Shown: one piece after another, positions 63,414 to 64,000 of the stretch
Position numbering within the stretch: position 1 is the first letter of the stretch
How the letters are laid out: every line of letters begins with the position of its first letter
IMG/VR virus record: IMGVR_UViG_3300005545_000008
Location: 7,529 to 71,528 of that record
DNA: 64,000 nucleotides
Reading direction: 5' to 3' (one strand)
Source: a virus
Taxonomy: Duplodnaviria > Caudoviricetes
Made by a program: the position numbers and the translations under genes
Notes under the pieces: model-generated
Database searches by the model: none
Told to the model about the DNA's origin: nothing
Seen by the model: only the letters and a program-made list of their open reading frames with translations

Positions 63414-63500
63414 GAGCTAGACTTTGCACAAGCAAAGTGCTATACTGGATTGGGCAGCGCAAGCGGAAGCCCAAAATAAAATGAAAAGAGAGTCTAACAA

Positions 63501-64000
63501 ATGGCATTTACACTAGATGATGTACTACGTAAAAAGCGTCAACAGCAAGAAAACGCCGATCGTCCAAAGATTGAATGGTTTGGTTTGGGTGGAAAAAACA
63601 AGAATCCGATCAAAGTTCAATTTCTTCAGGAATTTACTGAAGATGCAGATAACTATGATTCAACAAGAGGAACAATTTTGTTCCTAGCAGAACATGTCTC
63701 TCCTTATAATTTCAAACGTAAGGCAGAGTGCACAATCGACACTGAGGGTCGCTGCTGGCCATGTGAAATGGCAAAGGTTGAAAGCGAAGTAACTTACAAG
63801 GGAGAAACTACTAAATTCCCTTGGAAGCAGCGTAGCAATATGTATACATGGGTTGCGACTGAAGATGGAGAATTGAAGGTTCTTTCTCGTCCCGCACCTG
63901 GTGCATTCTTCAATCTACTTCATGACTACAGTGAAGACAATGGTGGAATCACCAATCAGACATTTAAGCTTTCAAAGGGTCCAAATAAGACAGACCCATG
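63501..64000 (+). CDS. Probable gp32-like ssDNA-binding protein, 3'-truncated
   Basis: Follows TAGACT-17-TATACT; KVQFL...EH......K...C......CWPC; open to window end. Confidence 0.65.
   Translation, partial: MAFTLDDVLRKKRQQQENADRPKIEWFGLGGKNKNPIKVQFLQEFTEDADNYDSTRGTILFLAEHVSPYNFKRKAECTIDTEGRCWPCEMAKVESEVTYKGETTKFPWKQRSNMYTWVATEDGELKVLSRPAPGAFFNLLHDYSEDNGGITNQTFKLSKGPNKTDP

Overview
Part of the genome of a large, AT-rich siphovirus of a filamentous actinomycete. Gene order resembles Streptomyces cluster BE/BK-type phages, but the host is inferred, not shown. (1) About 1-8.2 kb: a GC-richer, rightward early or host-takeover region of small genes (bL12-CTD-like, Lsr2-like, ArdA-like, DUF2637). 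Two non-canonical tRNA-like cloverleaves and long RNA hairpins separate the genes. (2) About 9.2-23.4 kb: a leftward arm of accessory genes (2 HNH nucleases, RNase AS-like exoribonuclease, divergent ThyX). It includes a complete-looking Streptomyces-plasmid-type transfer module (operator-bearing promoter, traA-like, traB-like FtsK translocase, clt-like repeat array). At its start is a ~470-nt structured ncRNA candidate behind an attenuator-like leader. (3) 23.5-64 kb, rightward: GT4 glycosyltransferase, EndoVII-like nuclease, class II RNR, amidase endolysin, stand-alone PAS protein, portal, protease/scaffold, major capsid, neck, tail tube, tail chaperones with a -1 frameshift, 2232-aa tape measure with two wall hydrolase domains, minor tail and fibre genes, a metallophosphoesterase, a splicing-dead intein-like ORF, DnaB helicase, primase and a truncated SSB-like gene. 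No terminase, integrase, CRISPR array or canonical tRNA was seen. Family calls come from motif recognition by eye; no searches were run.
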